A stretch of DNA of 64,000 bases from Oscillochloris sp. (GCA_012032775.1 JAAUQO010000002.1:4659-68658); one strand, 5' to 3'; counted from the stretch's first letter, positions 1 through 10,758 are shown. Notes: generated from the sequence alone by a model not told the origin. A program made the numbers and translations.

Positions 1-231
1 TGGACGGTGGTGTTCAAATACGGCTTTTAACCCTTCCGCTTCGCGAATATCGACCTCGGCCAGCTTGAACCCCGGCTGCTCCATCGCCCAGGCCAGATTA
101 CTTCGCTTGCGCCCCGGATCGTAGTAGCTGGTGAAATTCTCCACACAGACAACCTGTTCGCCGCGTCGCAACAGCGTATCAACCAGATGGCTGCCGATGA
201 ATCCGGCTCCGCCGGTTACCAGATACGTCAC
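1..231 (-). CDS. NAD-dependent epimerase/dehydratase, N-terminal part (gene runs off the window start)
   Basis: Not in the ORF track. GTG start at 229-231 with SD GGAAGGA upstream. Minus-strand translation MTYLVTGGAGFIGSHLVDTLLRRGEQVVCVENFTSYYDPGRKRSNL... carries the Rossmann GxxGxxG of sugar-nucleotide SDR enzymes. Confidence 0.75.
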   Translation of the reverse strand, partial: MTYLVTGGAGFIGSHLVDTLLRRGEQVVCVENFTSYYDPGRKRSNLAWAMEQPGFKLAEVDIREAEGLKAVFEHHRP

Positions 232-300
232 GTCTCTTATCCTTCCAAACGATCGATCAGCCGCCTGGCATCATGTCGCGAAAGCCGTATCGTCGCCTGA

Positions 301-1824
301 TCAAGCTTTTACAGGTTCTTGGGAACGGTCGCTTTGGACGCTCAGGGCGGCGACCGCCAGGATCGCCCAGATCGTACCGAGTTGAACGCCCATATTCAGC
401 ACATGCAGGTTCTCAAAAAGATTGTGCGTGGCAACAGCGGCAACCACGCCGCCGGCGCCAAGTACGGCGCCGCGCCAGAGCCAGGTGTGCGATCGGCGCA
501 TTGCGGCAAGGGCGGTTAGGGCTGTGCTGGTGATCAAGGCCAGGTACGCGATTGCGCCGATGATGCCGCTTTCGGCGGCGATATTGAGATAGTAGTTGTG
601 GGCGTGGCCGCGTGAACCGTACCACGGGCGCACCCAGAACGGCAACTCGCCTGCCGCGGGAGTGCGTTCGTAGGCGGTGGTGTAGTTGCCCGGCCCGACG
701 CCCAGCAGCGGCCGGGATTGCAGCATATTCCAGCCGGCCTGCAAGTGGGCCATGCGTTCGACCACGGCAAAGTTGGCCGGGTTAATCTCGACGCTGCGCA
801 CGTCGAAGAGTCGCAGGTTGCCGGTGATACTGGCCAGTCGTCCGGCGACACCAGCGGGTAGGAAACCGCTGCCGATGGTCAGCATAAGTGGTAGCAGCAC
901 GGCGCCAATGCCGACGAGCATCCACGCTCTGTAGCGTAATTGGCGGTTCAGCAGCAAGGTAGCCAGGAGCGCCATGGCTAGCCCGCCGCCGGCAGCGCCG
1001 ACCCATCCGCCCCGCGAGTAGCTGAGCAGCAGGGCGAGTAGCAGGATCGCGCCGCCGCCGCCTGCGCCAAGCAGCACCACCAACGGGGTGATGCGGCGGG
1101 TGCGCCAAAACTGAAATCCGGCCATGACGATCAGGCCGATCGCTAGCGGCCAGGATTGGTTCATGTAGCCGGCGAACGAGTTCGGCTGGCCGATCGTACC
1201 GAAGGCGCGGGCGCGGCCCGGCGCAATCTGAAAGCTCTCAGGCCCGGCGCCGCTTAACGATTGCCATATGCCCAACAGTCCGTTCGCAGCCGGGGCGATC
1301 AGCAAGCAACCCAGAATCAGGCCGAGTCGCCAGGGTTTTGAGGCGTTGAGATCGGGTCTGAGCGCACGTACCGCCAGTAAGTACGTTAGTAGCACCGTTG
1401 TCCAGCGTAATGTCTCGCGAAGTGCTTCGACGCGGCTAAACGGCGTAAAAGCCGTCGAGAGTGCGAGTGCCCAGATCAGGCATGCCAGCGGCCAGAAGAT
1501 CCGCCCGCCACGCAGCGGTTGCTCGGGGCGGCTGAGCGTATCGGCGCCAAGAGCGGCTAACGCCAGCAGCAAGCATGCCTGGGTGACACTCAATCCACCC
1601 GGCAGGTTTACCAGTTCTTGCAGTGGTACCGACAGAACTGCCGCCGCCAGCGGAAATACCGGATCAACCAGGGTGAGCACCAGCAATGCACTACCGCATA
1701 CCAATCCGATCGCCAGCGGCAACGGCAATAAACCGATCGCCAGGGCTAACCCGAGGATTGTGCCGCCTCCGGCCAGTTGAAGCAATCGGTGGGATTGGAT
1801 TGTAAGACGGAAGTTTGTCGTCAT
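301..1824 (-). CDS. O-antigen ligase/polymerase-like (Wzy_C-type) polytopic membrane protein
   Basis: ORF 301..1932 has many hydrophobic helices and a ...LLLSYSRGGWVGAAG... loop typical of the O-antigen ligase family. Start set at ATG 1824 (MTTNFRL) because 1825-1932 is a heptamer-repeat intergenic tract. Confidence 0.75.
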   Translation of the reverse strand: MTTNFRLTIQSHRLLQLAGGGTILGLALAIGLLPLPLAIGLVCGSALLVLTLVDPVFPLAAAVLSVPLQELVNLPGGLSVTQACLLLALAALGADTLSRPEQPLRGGRIFWPLACLIWALALSTAFTPFSRVEALRETLRWTTVLLTYLLAVRALRPDLNASKPWRLGLILGCLLIAPAANGLLGIWQSLSGAGPESFQIAPGRARAFGTIGQPNSFAGYMNQSWPLAIGLIVMAGFQFWRTRRITPLVVLLGAGGGGAILLLALLLSYSRGGWVGAAGGGLAMALLATLLLNRQLRYRAWMLVGIGAVLLPLMLTIGSGFLPAGVAGRLASITGNLRLFDVRSVEINPANFAVVERMAHLQAGWNMLQSRPLLGVGPGNYTTAYERTPAAGELPFWVRPWYGSRGHAHNYYLNIAAESGIIGAIAYLALITSTALTALAAMRRSHTWLWRGAVLGAGGVVAAVATHNLFENLHVLNMGVQLGTIWAILAVAALSVQSDRSQEPVKA

Positions 1825-2045
1825 GCCTGAAAGTGACGCCTGATTCCTGAATGCGATGCCTGATATCTGATGCCTGATGCTTGATATGTACGTTGGGACG
1901 CGCGACAACGCATTCCCTATGCCTGAATGCAATGCCTGATGCTTGATGCCTGATTTCTGAATGCGAGTTGGGGCGTGCGACGAAGCATTCCCTTGTATCC
2001 GTTGTGACCGATCGTGGGTGGGGAATGCCTTGTCGCGCCTGTATC
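1823..2045. repeat. Intergenic repeat tract: tandem heptamers (TGCCTGA/TGCTTGA) plus three copies of a GGGAATGC..GTCGCGC palindromic unit
   Basis: Six exact ATGCCTGA copies between 1823 and 1953, plus variants. Unit copies at 1895-1917 and 1970-1992 (direct) and 2020-2039 (inverted), able to form a long stem-loop just after the uxs stop. Confidence 0.8.
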
Positions 2046-2996
2046 TTACAACTCGCCGCGCCGCTGTAACTCCGCGCGGAACCAGGGAATCGTTTGCTTC
2101 AACCCTTCTTCAAGGTCGATTTCGGGTTGCCAGCCAAGGACAGTGCTGGCTTTACGAATATCGGGCTGGCGCACCTGCGGATCGTCTTTGGTGCGCAGAT
2201 CTTTGGTGACGGTGCCGGCGGGATTGCCGGTAAGCTGATTCACCAGTTCGGCGAACTCTTTGATCGTAAATTCGCCGGGATTGCCGATATTCACCGGCTC
2301 GATCTCATTGGAGTGCAGGAGCCGGTAAATCCCCTCGATCAGATCGCTCACATATTGGAAACTGCGGGTCTGCGCACCATCGCCATAGAGGGTCAGCGGC
2401 TCGCCCTTGAGGGCCTGGGCGATAAAATTCGGCACCACGCGGCCATCGCGCAGCCGCATACGCGGGCCATAGGTATTGAAGATGCGGACGATACGGGTTT
2501 CGACGCCATGATAGGTATGGTACGCCATGGTCATTGCCTCGGCGAAACGCTTGGCCTCATCGTAGACACCGCGCGGCCCAACCGGATTGACATGGCCGTA
2601 ATAGGTTTCCGGCTGCGGATGCACCTGCGGATCGCCATAAACTTCCGAGGTGGAAGCGAGCAGGAAGCGCGCGCCTTTCGCTTTGGCCAGGCCCAGGGCC
2701 TTATGGGTGCCGAGCGCGCCCACCTTAAGGGTCTGGATGGGCAGTTCAAGATAATCAATCGGTGAGGCGGGCGAGGCGAAGTGCAAGATCGCATCGAGCG
2801 GATCATCAATATAGATGTAGTTTGTGACATCGTGCTTGATGAAGGAGAAGCGTTCATGACCGGCGAGATGGGCAATATTATCGGTTGTACCGGTGATCAG
2901 ATTGTCCATTGCGATCACAGTATGCCCTTCGGCAAGAAAGCGATCACAGAGATGTGAGCCGAGAAATCCGGCGCCGCCGGTGATCAGCACGCGCAT
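2046..2996 (-). CDS. uxs: UDP-glucuronate decarboxylase (UDP-xylose synthase), extended SDR
   Basis: 316-aa [23 protein letters not shown] (GxxGxxG), [15 protein letters not shown] (YxxxK), [10 protein letters not shown]. End-to-end resemblance to the UXS family. Confidence 0.88.
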   Translation of the reverse strand: MRVLITGGAGFLGSHLCDRFLAEGHTVIAMDNLITGTTDNIAHLAGHERFSFIKHDVTNYIYIDDPLDAILHFASPASPIDYLELPIQTLKVGALGTHKALGLAKAKGARFLLASTSEVYGDPQVHPQPETYYGHVNPVGPRGVYDEAKRFAEAMTMAYHTYHGVETRIVRIFNTYGPRMRLRDGRVVPNFIAQALKGEPLTLYGDGAQTRSFQYVSDLIEGIYRLLHSNEIEPVNIGNPGEFTIKEFAELVNQLTGNPAGTVTKDLRTKDDPQVRQPDIRKASTVLGWQPEIDLEEGLKQTIPWFRAELQRRGEL

Positions 2997-3144
2997 TGCA
3001 CATCCTCCTGATGTGGCCGATTGCAGGCCGCACTACACTGCCGCGCAAAATGCTGCGCGGAATTACGGGTATTGTAGCCGATTCGGGTGAAAGGGGGATG
3101 ATGCGAGGCAATCCGGCTATGTCAGCATTGTTAGGGAGTTCGGC

Positions 3145-4656
3145 CTAATATGCACCATCGCCGCCGATGACCGCTGGGATGATCATCAATAATACCCGTA
3201 AATCCATGCCGAGCGTCCAGTTTTCAGCATAATAAATATCGAGCCGCACCTGCTCATCGAACGAGATATTGCTGCGTCCGAGGGCTTGCGGCAGGCCGGC
3301 AAGCCCGGGCATCACCTCAAGCCGGCGATAGTGCCATGGCTCGTAGATGGCGACCTCTTCCGGCAAGGCCGGACGTGGGCCAATGACGCACATCTCGCCG
3401 CGCAACACATTGATCAACTGTGGCAATTCGTCCAGACTACTGCGGCGCAACCAGCCGCCGACGCGGGTAATCCGCGGGTCGCGGCGCATCTTGAAAAGCG
3501 GCCCATCAGCTTCGTTGGCAGTCAGCAATTCCGCTTTGCGCGCCTCGGCATCGGGCACCATTGTGCGGAACTTCAGACATGTAAAAACCTGCCCGCCTTT
3601 GCCGACCCGTGGTTGGCGGAAGAGTATCGGCCCACGGCTGTCGAGCCGGATCAGAAGTGCGATGATCAATGCCAGCGGCAATGTCACCGGCGCGCTCAGG
3701 ATCACCAGGCTCACATCGATGATGCGTTTGAGGAAGAGATTGGCCCCACGGAGGCGGATCTCTTTCGGGCGCAGCAGCGGCACGCCGCTTAGTTGCAATA
3801 TATCGACGCGATCAACACTGAGTTGGTAGAAATCGGGCGCCATCTGGAAACTGATCCCAAGGGCACGACAGGTTGCGACGAGATCCGGCAGCCGATCTTG
3901 CTCCCAAAACGGCAGGGCCAGAATAACCTGATGCACATCGTGTGCTTCGATCACCAGTTCCAGATCGTCGATGTCGCCGAGGTGGCGATAAATGCGGGTG
4001 GCGCGGCCATTTTGCACGATCGGTCGCTCATTCAGATAGCCGACAAGTGTATAGCCGAGGCCGGGCGAAGCGGCGATCCCATTCATCACCTGCTGGCCAA
4101 GGCCGGTGCCGCCAAGCACCAGCACCCGTTCGCGACCGATTCCGCGCGACCATTGCCAATGGCGAATGCCACTTGTGACGATGCGCCAGAGACTGAGCAG
4201 GGCGACGATCGAGATTCCGGCGAACAAGAAGATCAGGCGCGAGTAATAAAACGGTTTGTAGAGAAACACAAATACGATCAACACAGCGATCACCGTCAGC
4301 GTACTGCTGAAAATAATCCCTAATTGATCAAGTAACGGCATCCGATAGCGGGTACGATAAAGCCCCCGCGTGGCGAAACGCAGGCCGAGCAGGATCATCA
4401 ATGGCGCAATAATTGGGAAAAAGGCGGAGAACTCAACCTGATCCTGGGTCGCGACTTCGAACACAATTCGATCGAAGGGTTCCGGCCAGCGGGCTTCATA
4501 GCGCAGCCAATAGGCAAATCCAAAACCAACAAAGATCAAAATCTGGTCGAGTACAACCATCCCGAGCACTACAGCCCGACCGACCCGCCGCCCGGCGCGT
4601 TGCCGCAACGAAAGGTCGAGTGACGACTCGACCGAGGGGCGCAGACTACTGTCCAT
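3145..4656 (-). CDS. Polyprenyl-phosphate glycosyl-phosphotransferase (exopolysaccharide priming enzyme, WbaP/EpsB-like)
   Basis: C-terminal bacterial sugar-transferase domain (DSRGPILFRQPRVGKGGQVFTCLKFRTM ... PLFKMRRDPRITRVGGWLRRSSLDELPQLINVLRGEMCVIGPRP) and N-terminal TM helices. Start at ATG 4656 (GGAG 7 nt upstream) preferred over ORF-track 4731. Confidence 0.88.
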   Translation of the reverse strand: MDSSLRPSVESSLDLSLRQRAGRRVGRAVVLGMVVLDQILIFVGFGFAYWLRYEARWPEPFDRIVFEVATQDQVEFSAFFPIIAPLMILLGLRFATRGLYRTRYRMPLLDQLGIIFSSTLTVIAVLIVFVFLYKPFYYSRLIFLFAGISIVALLSLWRIVTSGIRHWQWSRGIGRERVLVLGGTGLGQQVMNGIAASPGLGYTLVGYLNERPIVQNGRATRIYRHLGDIDDLELVIEAHDVHQVILALPFWEQDRLPDLVATCRALGISFQMAPDFYQLSVDRVDILQLSGVPLLRPKEIRLRGANLFLKRIIDVSLVILSAPVTLPLALIIALLIRLDSRGPILFRQPRVGKGGQVFTCLKFRTMVPDAEARKAELLTANEADGPLFKMRRDPRITRVGGWLRRSSLDELPQLINVLRGEMCVIGPRPALPEEVAIYEPWHYRRLEVMPGLAGLPQALGRSNISFDEQVRLDIYYAENWTLGMDLRVLLMIIPAVIGGDGAY

Positions 4657-5204
4657 GAGTCGCTCCGGCTCGCCCTGAAACAGCAGAGCAGTAACTATAT
4701 CCGGGCGGATTGTACCACACCAGGCCGCCACTTGAAACGGTAGCAGCCCGGTGATGATGGAGAGCGACGCGCTTGAGGAGGTTACCCAACAGGGCGGGGT
4801 TGTTCGCCCTGGTTTTCAGATGTTTCGACGAACTGGCGGGAATTTCGTGTCTCAAAATACATTGAGATGGCCGGGGCAGCGGCAATCAACACCATCAGAA
4901 GAAGTAGACCAAGCCAGACCATAATCCGGTATGCTCCAACAGCTAGTTTCAAGCGAAAGCACGGCGCTTTGCTTCACAGTAATGGGGGGCGTGTGAAGCG
5001 ACTCTCACATCTTTGGGAGGGCCACCATCTTACTACAAGTTTTGTACCAACCTGACAGGTTATGAACTCATAAAGCGGTGAACTATCCAATGCGGATAGC
5101 GACTACAGGATGTAGCCGGGCGGATTTCGGCGAACTCTTCAAATTTGGAATAGATTGTAGTATTATTCACAGAGTGGCGAGTACTATCACATCAGGAGGC
5201 GACC

Positions 5205-5696
5205 GTGAGCGAAGATCCTGAGCGGTCGAATCCCGAACCTCATGATTCGGATGATACACATCCTGTCAAGCGGGTTTCCGGCGCGCGTTTCGAGAGTCTG
5301 ATCGATCAGCATATGCGCGCGGCTGAGCAGGCGGGGATCATGGACGATCTGCCGGGTGCGGGCAAACCGCTCAAGCTGGACGAAGATACGGGCGTGCCGG
5401 ATGAACTGCGGGTTGGCTTTCGGATGCTGAAAAGCGCTGGTTTTGCGCCGCCCTGGATCGAGTTGCAGCAAAGTATCCGCAATGATCAGGCGCGTCTGGA
5501 TGCATGGCTTACGCGGGCAAATGAACGCTGGCCGTTGGCCGGCGAACACGAACGGGCGCGCTTGCGCGCCGACCACGAACAAAAAATCCGCGATCTTAAC
5601 CGTATGATCTGCAACTACAATCTGACTGCTCCGCCCGCCGCCGGGCAATTACCGCTATTGCAATTGTGGCGCGAGCAGCGGAAACTCGGCGCATAA
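5205..5696 (+). CDS. DUF1992 (DnaJ-homolog subfamily C28-like) protein
   Basis: GTG start preceded by AGGAGG. ...IMDDLPGAGKPLKLDED... is the DUF1992 signature. Confidence 0.7.
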   Translation: MSEDPERSNPEPHDSDDTHPVKRVSGARFESLIDQHMRAAEQAGIMDDLPGAGKPLKLDEDTGVPDELRVGFRMLKSAGFAPPWIELQQSIRNDQARLDAWLTRANERWPLAGEHERARLRADHEQKIRDLNRMICNYNLTAPPAAGQLPLLQLWREQRKLGA

Positions 5697-8600
5697 TATT
5701 CGCCGGGATGGAGCGACGCAAGCCAGCGGGGTGGCGCGACTCACAGTGATGATTCGCTCCGCCCCGCTGTTCATGTCAGGCCGCGCGCGCGTTGGCGGAA
5801 CCTTCTCGTGTGATTCCGAGCCTTCGGCCTTCTTCTCAGCCTGAGCGACCGTTTCGCTTGGCGCGATTGTGAGGAACATGCTGCGATACGTGGCCCAGTG
5901 GGCCAGAATCTCGGCGGCGCGTGGGCTATGGGTTTGCTCCAGGTGGCGGCGCAGCAGGGCCTGAACCTGGGCTTCGTCGCGCTCGCTGAGCGTACTCACC
6001 TCGATCAATTGTGGGTTGTAGCGCCCATTGAAGCTATTGTGCTCGTCGAGGATATAGGCGCGCCCACCGGTCATGCCGGCGCCGAAGTTGCGGCCGGTCG
6101 GGCCGAGGATCAAGACCGTGCCGCCGGTCATGTATTCGCAGCCATGATCGCCGATACCTTCAACCACAGCGACGGCGCCGGAGTTGCGAACGGCGAAGCG
6201 TTCGCCTACCTGCCCCGCTGCAAAGAGCTCGCCGCCGGTTGCGCCATAGAGCAAGGTATTGCCGGCGATCACATTTTCATGCCAGGCGAAGCGAGCATCT
6301 TTGTCGGGCGCGATCGTGATGCTGCCGCCGGCCATACCCTTGCCGACATAATCGTTGGCATCGCCGACCAGCCGTAATGCCATGCCGGGCGCGTTGAATG
6401 CGCCAAAGCTCTGGCCGGCGCTGCCGCGCACATTGATCGTGATTGTGCCGGGCGGCAAGCCCTTGTCGCCGTACATCTGGCCGATCGTGCCGGCCAGTCG
6501 TGTGCCGGCCGAGCGGTCGCCGTTGCGGATCCGGTAGCTCAGCGTGACCGGACCGCGGGCGGCCAGGGCGCTGCGCGCATCGTGCAAGATACGCTCGTTC
6601 AACGAATCTGCCAGTGGCAGGGTGTTACGTTTGCCGCCGTGGCGGATCTCCAGAGTAGCCGGCGCATCTTCCAGGCCCTTGCCGCGTAACCATGCACCGG
6701 CAGCCAGTACCGGCGTCAGGTCGAGCAGATCGGCGCCGAAGACATCGGGCCGGGTGGTAAGCAGGTCGGTGCGTCCGACGGCTGCGTCGAGCGAGCGCAG
6801 ACCGAGTTGGGCCAACAGTTCGCGCACTTCCTGGGCCAGGTAGCGGAAGAAGGCCATCACCATCTCCGGCTTGCCGGGGAATTTCGCCCGCAAATCGTTG
6901 CGCTGGGTCGCGATCCCAACCGGACAAGTGTTGTTGTGGCAGGCGCGGGCCATAATGCAGCCTTCGGCCACCAGGGCGGCGGTGCCGAACGAGAACTCGT
7001 CGGCGCCGAGCAGCGCGGCGATAATCACATCGCGCCCGGTTTTCAGGCCGCCGTCGGCGCGCACCCGTACCCGGCCGCGCAGCCCGTTCAACACCAGGGT
7101 CTGCTGGGTCTCGGCCAGGCCCAATTCCCAGGGGATGCCGGCATTCTTGATGCTGCTGAGCGGCGATGCGCCGGTGCCGCCCGAGTGGCCGCTAATCAGG
7201 ATCACGTCGGCGTACCCCTTGGCGACACCGGCGGCGATCGTGCCGACGCCTGCCGTCGCCACCAGTTTCACCGACACCGCAGCTTCGGCATTCACCTGCT
7301 TCAGATCGTAGATCAGCTGCGCCAGGTCCTCGATACTGTAGATGTCGTGGTGCGGCGGCGGACTGATCAGCGAGACGCCGGGCACGGTGTGGCGGATGCG
7401 GGCGATCTCCTCGTTGACCTTGTGGCCGGGAAGTTGGCCGCCCTCGCCGGGTTTGGCGCCCTGGGCCATCTTGATCTGCAACTCGACGGCGCTGGCAAGA
7501 TAGGCCGGAGTGACGCCGAAGCGCCCCGAAGCCACCTGTTTGATGCGCGAGTTGCGTTCGTCGTGGAAGCGGGCCGGATCTTCGCCGCCTTCGCCGGAAT
7601 TGGCCAGGCCGCCGAGGCGATTCATGGCGATCGAGAGGGTTTCGTGGGCCTCGGAACTGGTCGAGCCGTGACTCATTGCAGCAGTTGAGAAGCGGCGAAC
7701 AATCGACTCGATCGGCTCGATCTCGTCGATCGGCAAGGGTGTGTCGGCAAGGTGCAATTCAAGCAGGTCGCGCGGATCGGTGGGCGGTCGGCTCTGCACC
7801 AACTCGGCATAGCGCCGGTAGGTCTTGTAGCCCTCGGGGTTCACCTGCTGCTCGTGGCCGTTACCGTGATGCGGGCCTTGCACGGCCTTATGCAGGGCGT
7901 GCACCACCTGCGGGCTGAAGGCGTGATACTCGCCGTCCTTCTTGAATTTGTAGAAACCGGGGTGCGGTAGGGCTGGCACATGCTCCGCAGTTAGCGGATT
8001 TGGAAATGCCAATCCATGGCGTGCCAGGATATCGGCACGGATTTTGGCGAGATCGATGCCGCCGATCCGGGTGGGCGTGCCGGTGAAGTAGCGATCGACC
8101 AGTTCGCTGCCGAGTCCGAGGCCCTCGAAGATCTGGGCGCCGCAGTAGCTGTCGAGGGTGCTGATGCCCATCTTCGACATAATCTTCAGCAGGCCCTTCT
8201 CCAGCGCCTTGATGTAGTTGCGCGCGGCTTCGGCGGCCAGCAACGTACTCCGGGCCGGGTCGGGCGTCTCGCCGGAAGCCTTCAGGCGCACTGCATCCTG
8301 GTCGATCACAATCCGTGCAACCGTTTCCAGAACCAGATACGGATGAACTGCTTCGGCGCCATAACCGACCAGACAGGCCAGATGATGCACCTCGCGCATT
8401 TCGCCGGTCTGGCTGATCAAGCTAACGAGCGAGCGCAGGCCGGTGCGGATCAGGTGATGATGAACGGCGCCGACGGCCAACAGCGCCGGGATTGGCGCGT
8501 ACTCGGCCGAAACACCCTGGTCGCTGATGATCAACATCCCGGCGCCGTTGCGCACCGCAGTTTCGGCGGCGGCGCAGAGCTGATCGAGGGCGGCGGCAAG

Positions 8601-10402
8601 ATCGGGATCGGCGACCGGCACCAGAGCCTGCACCGTGGCCACGGCGAATTCGGCGCCGTCGAGCGCCTGGATCGCCGCCAGTTGGCCTGCCGTCAGCAGC
8701 GGCGAATGCAACTCCAGCAGGCGAGCATGGTCGGGCGCTTCAGCAAGCAGATTGCGGCGCCGGCCGACCGCCACGCTCAGCGACATTACCAGATCTTCGC
8801 GCAGCGAATCGATCGGCGGATTCGTCACCTCGGCGAAACGCTGCTTAAAATACTGGAACAACGGGCGGCCGAGCGGCAACTGCGAGAGTACCGCCGCCGG
8901 CGTGTCGTCGCCCATCGAGCCAACCGGCTCCTGGCCGTTGAGCGCCATTGGCTTGAGGATAACATTCAGTTCTTCGCTGGTGTAGCCGTAGGTCATCTGG
9001 AGCGTTGGCAGCGCCTCGGGATCAAGCGCAGCGATCGTAGGTTGCGGCAGATCGTGCAGATCGCGCATCTGCTGCTCCAGCCAGACCTTGTAGGGCCGGC
9101 GGGCGGCAAGATTCTCCTTGACCTCTTCGTCGGTGAACATGCGGCCCTGCACTGTATCGACCACCAGCATCTGGCCGGGGCCGAGCTTGCCCTTATGCAC
9201 CACCGACGACTCATCGATCGCTACAGCGCCCATTTCGGAGCCGGAGATCACGAGGCCATCGTTGGTAACGAGGTAGCGGGCCGGGCGCAGGCCATTGCGG
9301 TCGAGCGCGGTACCGACGATCATGCCGTCGGAAAAGGTGAGTGCGGCCGGGCCGTCCCACGGCTCGATCAAACAGGCGTGATACTGATAGTAGGCGCGCA
9401 GCGAATCGGCAGATCGGGGATCTTCTCCCAGGCCTCGGGCACCAGCATATTCATCGCGTGGGGCACATCACGCCCGGCGATCACCAGTAACTCCAGGGCG
9501 TTATCGAGTTTGGCCGAGTCGGAGCCGCTCGCATCGAGCACCGGCGCGAGCAGATCGCCGGCGGGTACATCGGCGAGCCAGTTTTCGGGCAAGGCCAGAA
9601 CCGCCTCGCGGGCGCGCATCCAGTTCGCATTGCCCTGGATCGTGTTGATCTCGCCGTTATGCGAGAGCATACGGAATGGTTGGGCGCGCTCCCAGGTAGG
9701 GAAGGTATTGGTGCTGTAGCGCTGATGATAGACCGCAATCGCGGTTGTATACGCGGGATCGTGCAGATCGAGATAGAAATCGGCCAGATGCGAGCCGAGC
9801 AACAGGCCTTTGTAAACCACCGTGCGTCCGGAGAGGGATGGCACATACGCGGCGAGATTCTGAGCGCTGAAGGCGGCTTCCATGTGTTTGCGAGCCACAA
9901 AGAGTGTGCGCTCGAAGGCGACATCGTCGAGGCCGCCTGGGCGCGCAACAAGGGCCTGTACGAAGGCCGGCATCGCCGAGCGCGCCCGTTCGCCGAGTGC
10001 ATCGGCATTGATCGGCACCTCGCGCCAACATACCAACCCCAGGCCGGTGGCGCTTAGGGCAGCAACGATCGCTTGCTGGGCGGCGATACGCTGATGTTCG
10101 TCGGCAGGCAGAAAAAACATCCCCAACCCAAGCGTTTGCGGATCGGCGGTTAGATTGCGCTGTTCCAATTCACGAGCCAGCAGGCGGCGGGGAATCTGGG
10201 TCAGCACACCCGCGCCGTCACCGGTTTTCGCGTCATCGGCAACAGCACCACGATGCTCAAGATTGCTCAGGGCATCAAGCGCCATGTGCAGAATAGAATG
10301 GTCGGCTTCGCCGGAGATACGAGCGACAAAGCCGATACCACAGGCGTCGTGTTCAAAGCGCGGATCATACAGATGAGTTGCGTCAGGCTTGGGAAGGGGC
10401 AT
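5655..10402 (-). CDS. gltB: Glutamate synthase large subunit (apparent 1-nt frameshift near 9407)
   Basis: ORFs 9368..10402 and 5655..9371 together give a full GltB. It has the class-II amidotransferase start (..FEHDACGIGF), central FMN/Fe-S domain and C-terminal GXGXG domain. Restoring one C near 9407 gives ...IPDLP-DSLRAYYQYHACLIEPWDGPAA. The last ~50 codons overlap the convergent 5205..5696 gene and look poor, so a further indel is possible. Confidence 0.9.
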
Positions 10403-10435
10403 CGATCGTTCCTCTTAATCATGCGGATGACAACT

Positions 10436-10479
10436 AAAAAACACAAAAAAAGCCCACATCCTCGGCAACGAGGTGGGGC
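10436..10479 (-). terminator. Intrinsic terminator-like hairpin + U-tract inside the gltB 5' leader
   Basis: Minus strand reads GCCCCACCUCG-UUGC-CGAGGAUGUGGGC followed by UUUUUUUGUGUUUUUU. It ends ~30 nt before the gltB RBS (AAGAGGA) and ATG at 10402. Confidence 0.65.
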
Positions 10480-10726
10480 GAGCATCATCGGCCTATAGGA
10501 TTGCGAACAGTTGATCCTGTGCGCCGCGCAACCCTGCGCTTCAAGCTACTCTCGACGACGTACCACAATTTGGTTGGAAACGCACGCCGGTGGACAATTT
10601 GATTGTTGGACTGATACGATGAATGAAGGATATTGGATGATCTGCCGTTGATGTTCACCCTTTGAACATCGACAGCTAGATGCGACCCGGCAAGGATAAC
10701 CTACGCTTTACGTGGGCTTAACCATT

Positions 10727-10755
10727 ACTATACATCGTACGGTTGCGGCTGTCAA
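10727..10755 (-). promoter_or_regulatory. Sigma70-type promoter TTGACA-17-TATAGT directed toward gltB
   Basis: Minus strand has TTGACA (10755-10750), a 17-nt spacer and TATAGT (10732-10727). The predicted TSS is ~320 nt upstream of the gltB ATG. Confidence 0.6.
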
Positions 10756-10758
10756 GCT

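Noticed and set aside
5655-5696. 42-nt convergent overlap of the gltB tail with the DUF1992 gene as a functional antisense arrangement
   Set aside because: The last ~50 gltB codons look non-conserved and low quality. Given the indel rate in this assembly, the true gltB stop may lie earlier.
8016-9719. Long antisense or overlapping ORFs in the track, for example 8016..9719 (+, 567 aa) inside gltB, 24891..25919 (-), 59194..60414 (+), 60293..61753 (-), 19114..20103 (-), 31806..32774 (+)
   Set aside because: They lie opposite or out of frame to genes with clear family signatures. Their translations are Arg/Ala/Gly/Pro-rich with no recognisable motifs, which is typical of stop-poor shadow frames in GC-rich DNA.
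10267-10488. 73-aa ORF spanning the gltB leader terminator and gltB start
   Set aside because: It overlaps the gltB N-terminus out of frame and reads through the terminator U-tract (CGLFLCFLVV). It has no SD and an implausible composition.
10503-10580. T-box-like string (AAAUUGUGGUACGUCG) and two adjacent hexaloop hairpins (10526-10539, loop AGGGUU; 10503-10524, loop GAUCAA) in the gltB leader, considered as a T-box or an ANTAR target
   Set aside because: The T-box-like string lies upstream of AGAGUAG-like sequence, which is the wrong order, and ~80 nt upstream of the terminator rather than forming an antiterminator with it. For ANTAR, only the first loop has the A1/G4 pattern. The second hairpin ends ~23 nt before the terminator instead of overlapping it.
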